Positions 59,411 through 61,751 of a stretch of 61,751 nucleotides of DNA are shown piece by piece. Position 1 is the first letter of the stretch, and each line of letters begins with the position of its first letter. Below the pieces are notes generated by a model, which saw only the letters and a list, made by a program, of their open reading frames with translations, had not been told where the DNA came from and made no database searches. The stretch is from positions 1 through 61,751 of the IMG/VR virus record IMGVR_UViG_3300012952_000024. One strand, written 5' to 3'. The translations under genes were made by a program, and so were the position numbers. The DNA is from a virus (lineage: Duplodnaviria; Caudoviricetes).

Positions 59411-59935
59411 ATGGTAACAATAGGACTTGACATAAGTTCTTCTAAGATTGGTGTGGCCGTTATAGACGCAGGCCACAACATTAAAGTAAGCGAGGTCATA
59501 AAATTTAAAACCAGCTTGTCTTTAGAAGAGCGCGCCGAAATATTTGCAAAGAAGATGGCTCATCTTGAAAAGCACTATGTAGCGATATCCGTGTACATAG
59601 AAAGTCCAGCATTGATGTTTAAGGGCGGAAAGACAACTGCGCAAACAATGGCAAAGTTACAAAGATTTAACGGCATGTGTTCTTACATAGCTTACAGAAT
59701 ATTCGATGTAATGCCTACGATGGTGAACGCGAGTTCTGCCCGTCGCGCCTTAGGGATAAAAATCCCCAGAGGACAAAACTCTAAAAGGATTATAATTGAT
59801 TGGGTTAAGGTCGAATACGATAAAGAGTTCGAATATAAAATAACAAGGCACGGAAATCCGCAACCCGGCACTGACGACCGCGCTGATGCGATTATTACAG
59901 CTTTGGGCGGATTAGCGCTTGACAAAGAGCACTAA
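59411..59935 (+). CDS. RuvC-like Holliday junction resolvase
   Basis: RNase H-fold motifs 'IGLDISSSKIGVAV', 'VYIESP', 'DDRADAII'. Confidence 0.8.
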   Translation: MVTIGLDISSSKIGVAVIDAGHNIKVSEVIKFKTSLSLEERAEIFAKKMAHLEKHYVAISVYIESPALMFKGGKTTAQTMAKLQRFNGMCSYIAYRIFDVMPTMVNASSARRALGIKIPRGQNSKRIIIDWVKVEYDKEFEYKITRHGNPQPGTDDRADAIITALGGLALDKEH

Positions 59936-59947
59936 ATATATTATATT
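59919..59947 (+). promoter_or_regulatory. sigma70-type promoter for the primase (probably leaderless)
   Basis: TTGACA (59919-59924), N17, TATATT (59942-59947). ATG at 59954. Confidence 0.65.
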
Positions 59948-59953
59948 TAACAC

Positions 59954-60889
59954 ATGCAGAAAAAATTAAAAATAATTAACCAAGTGCTCGGTCCGCATGT
60001 GTGCCTTAACGACGAGCATCTGTTCTTTTGTCCATACTGTGAACACGATAAGAGGAAAATGTCGATAAATGTCGACAAAAATGTATACAAATGTTGGGTT
60101 TGCGATACGAGTGGTCGAAATATAAGAAGAATTGTTCGACGCTTTGGCAATTATAAACAACTGCAAGATTGGGACGAACTAACCAGCACAGTAAATCTTT
60201 CTGGATTCGATAAGATATTTCTCGATATGCCAGAAGAAGAAGTGGAACAAACTATATCGTTGCCTAAAGAATTTGCTTCATTGGCGAACAAGGCAATACC
60301 GTTCACCGCGCTTGCGGCCCTCAAGTATCTTACAAAAAGAGATATATCTAAAGAAGATATCTTGCATTGGAAGATAGGATATTGTGATAGCGGTCCATAT
60401 GCAAACAGACTTATCGTACCAAGCTTCAACGAAAAAGGTTATGTCAACTATTTTGTTGCAAGAACTTATAATGGAAACTCGTGGAGGTACAAAAACCCAC
60501 CAGCCTCTAGAGATATCTGCTTTAATGAACTCTACATTGATTGGGACGCTGATCTGGTTATAACAGAAGGTATATTTGATGCAATAAAAGTTGGCCCAAA
60601 TGCCATTCCGCTATTGGGGTCGACTTTGCGAGAAAAATCTAAATTATTTCAAAAAATCGTACAGCATGACACTCCCATTTATTTAGCCTTAGATGCTGAC
60701 GCAGAGAAAAAAGAAACGAGAATTATTAACCTTTTGCTTAAGTACGGAATCGAAACATACAAGATTGATACAACGGGTTATGAAGATGTTGGAGCAATGA
60801 CTAAAGAACGCGCTCAGGAACGAAAAGAAAAAGCAACTTTTATCACTCAAGGGGACTATTTATTGAGGAAAGCTTTATTACAAGTATAG
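59954..60889 (+). CDS. DNA primase (zinc finger plus TOPRIM)
   Basis: 'CPYCEH...YKCWVC', 'RLIVP', 'YFVAR', 'YKNP', TOPRIM 'ITEGIFDAI' and 'LALDADA'. Confidence 0.88.
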   Translation: MQKKLKIINQVLGPHVCLNDEHLFFCPYCEHDKRKMSINVDKNVYKCWVCDTSGRNIRRIVRRFGNYKQLQDWDELTSTVNLSGFDKIFLDMPEEEVEQTISLPKEFASLANKAIPFTALAALKYLTKRDISKEDILHWKIGYCDSGPYANRLIVPSFNEKGYVNYFVARTYNGNSWRYKNPPASRDICFNELYIDWDADLVITEGIFDAIKVGPNAIPLLGSTLREKSKLFQKIVQHDTPIYLALDADAEKKETRIINLLLKYGIETYKIDTTGYEDVGAMTKERAQERKEKATFITQGDYLLRKALLQV

Positions 60890-60917
60890 AAGTTTACTAA
60901 CGATATGGGAGTTGCAA

Positions 60918-61301
60918 ATGAAAATCACGACAGACAGGCTACGCCAAATTATTAAAGAAGAGCTTATGAACGAAGTTGGAGAACAGCCGTTCAGAACAGG
61001 TCTCGCCGCAGGAGATTGGCAAGGAGTCGGCGATCCGCGCGGATCAGGTGAAGACGCGTTTCCATCGACAGAGCCAGAAAGACTGGGCGATATGATTGCT
61101 GCCAAAATAGAAGCAGGCATCCGCGATGCGCTTCAAACAGAATTTGGCGACGACAAAGGAATGCAAATTTTCGATATGTACCTGTCGGAGGTAGACGAAA
61201 GTATATTAGATATAGCTATGAGAATGCGAGATCTAGCAATGGACCTTTCTGGTGAACCAGAAGGGGTGGTCTCCGCCCAACCAGAAGAGGAGGCCATATA
61301 A
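60918..61301 (+). CDS. acidic hypothetical protein with an N-terminal 'MKIT..LRQIIKEEL' motif
   Basis: GGGAG SD, ATG at 60918. Confidence 0.65.
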   Translation: MKITTDRLRQIIKEELMNEVGEQPFRTGLAAGDWQGVGDPRGSGEDAFPSTEPERLGDMIAAKIEAGIRDALQTEFGDDKGMQIFDMYLSEVDESILDIAMRMRDLAMDLSGEPEGVVSAQPEEEAI

Positions 61302-61751
61302 TGAGCAGATGGGGAAAACCAACAAAGAACAAGAGAAGGGGAAATCCCAGATATCACCTTAAAGAATACAGGGTCAATCCGAATTTAGCAGCAAACCCCG
61401 CATTTTCCGATGCAGAAAATGCCCGAGAAACATACGACTACGCAGATTACCAAGGACCTATGACTCTACCAGACTCGGAAGGTAGAGTATACAGTGATGT
61501 TGGAGCAGGAGTTTACAGCAGTCCCAGCAATCCTAAACAGAAGTTTAGAAGCGGCGTAGAGATTTTGAATGTCCCGCCTCCGGCGCCCCAACAAGAATCT
61601 CGCGATATTAGCAGATTTAAGCAGCTAGCCGGCGTAGTATCCGAGTCCCCCGGCTCGCCAATAGTAGTCAGCATTACTGATGAAGGGTTCCCGTTCGCAC
61701 ATCACGAATCCGTACCCGAAGAAGAACCACCTCCAAGCGCAGCCGAACTTC
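61301..61751 (+). CDS. hypothetical protein, 3'-truncated (absent from the ORF track)
   Basis: GAGGAGG SD and TAATG coupling. Frame is open to the window end (MSRWGKPTKNKRRGNPRYHLKE...RFKQLAGVVSE...). Confidence 0.7.
   Translation, partial: MSRWGKPTKNKRRGNPRYHLKEYRVNPNLAANPAFSDAENARETYDYADYQGPMTLPDSEGRVYSDVGAGVYSSPSNPKQKFRSGVEILNVPPPAPQQESRDISRFKQLAGVVSESPGSPIVVSITDEGFPFAHHESVPEEEPPPSAAEL

Noticed and set aside
94-61357. Minus-strand and nested ORFs in the six-frame track
   Set aside because: Nearly all are shadows of well-supported plus-strand genes or tRNAs and show no recognisable motifs.
1-61751. Stop-codon reassignment (alternative genetic code)
   Set aside because: ORFs up to 3771 aa are intact in code 11. 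TAG, TGA and TAA all end genes at sensible boundaries, and no suppressor tRNA is present.

Overview
A gene-dense, entirely plus-strand, AT-rich (roughly 40% GC by eye) segment of a large myovirus-type (jumbo-like) bacteriophage read in the standard code. From left to right it holds: (1) the end of a fibre-like protein, tRNA-Arg(TCT), tRNA-Asn(GTT), a TrmH/SpoU methyltransferase, PIN-PhoH, a zincin-like protein and a Cas4/RecB-like nuclease; (2) a ~13.8 kb translationally coupled glycan operon (6888-20672) with 8 glycosyltransferase-like genes, a heptose pathway (hddA, gmhA, HAD phosphatase, HxGH-class nucleotidyltransferase), two SAM methyltransferases, and fcl/gmd for GDP-fucose; (3) an FmdB zinc ribbon and a phage sigma factor; (4) a ~37 kb contractile-tail baseplate module (spike, gp25, gp6, giant 2743-aa and 3771-aa proteins, tail-collar-like paralogs); (5) a RuvC-like resolvase, a primase and two head-associated-type small proteins. 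The most interesting signals are a possible virion O-glycosylation system (a soluble glycosyltransferase operon plus strong [S/T]-G-S enrichment in only some tail proteins), roughly 10-fold over-representation of the palindrome GCCGGC, a tRNA-Asn with a swapped A8-U14 pair, and a candidate late-promoter motif CTA(A/T)TTA. All counts are manual and all product calls come from motif recognition, not database searches.
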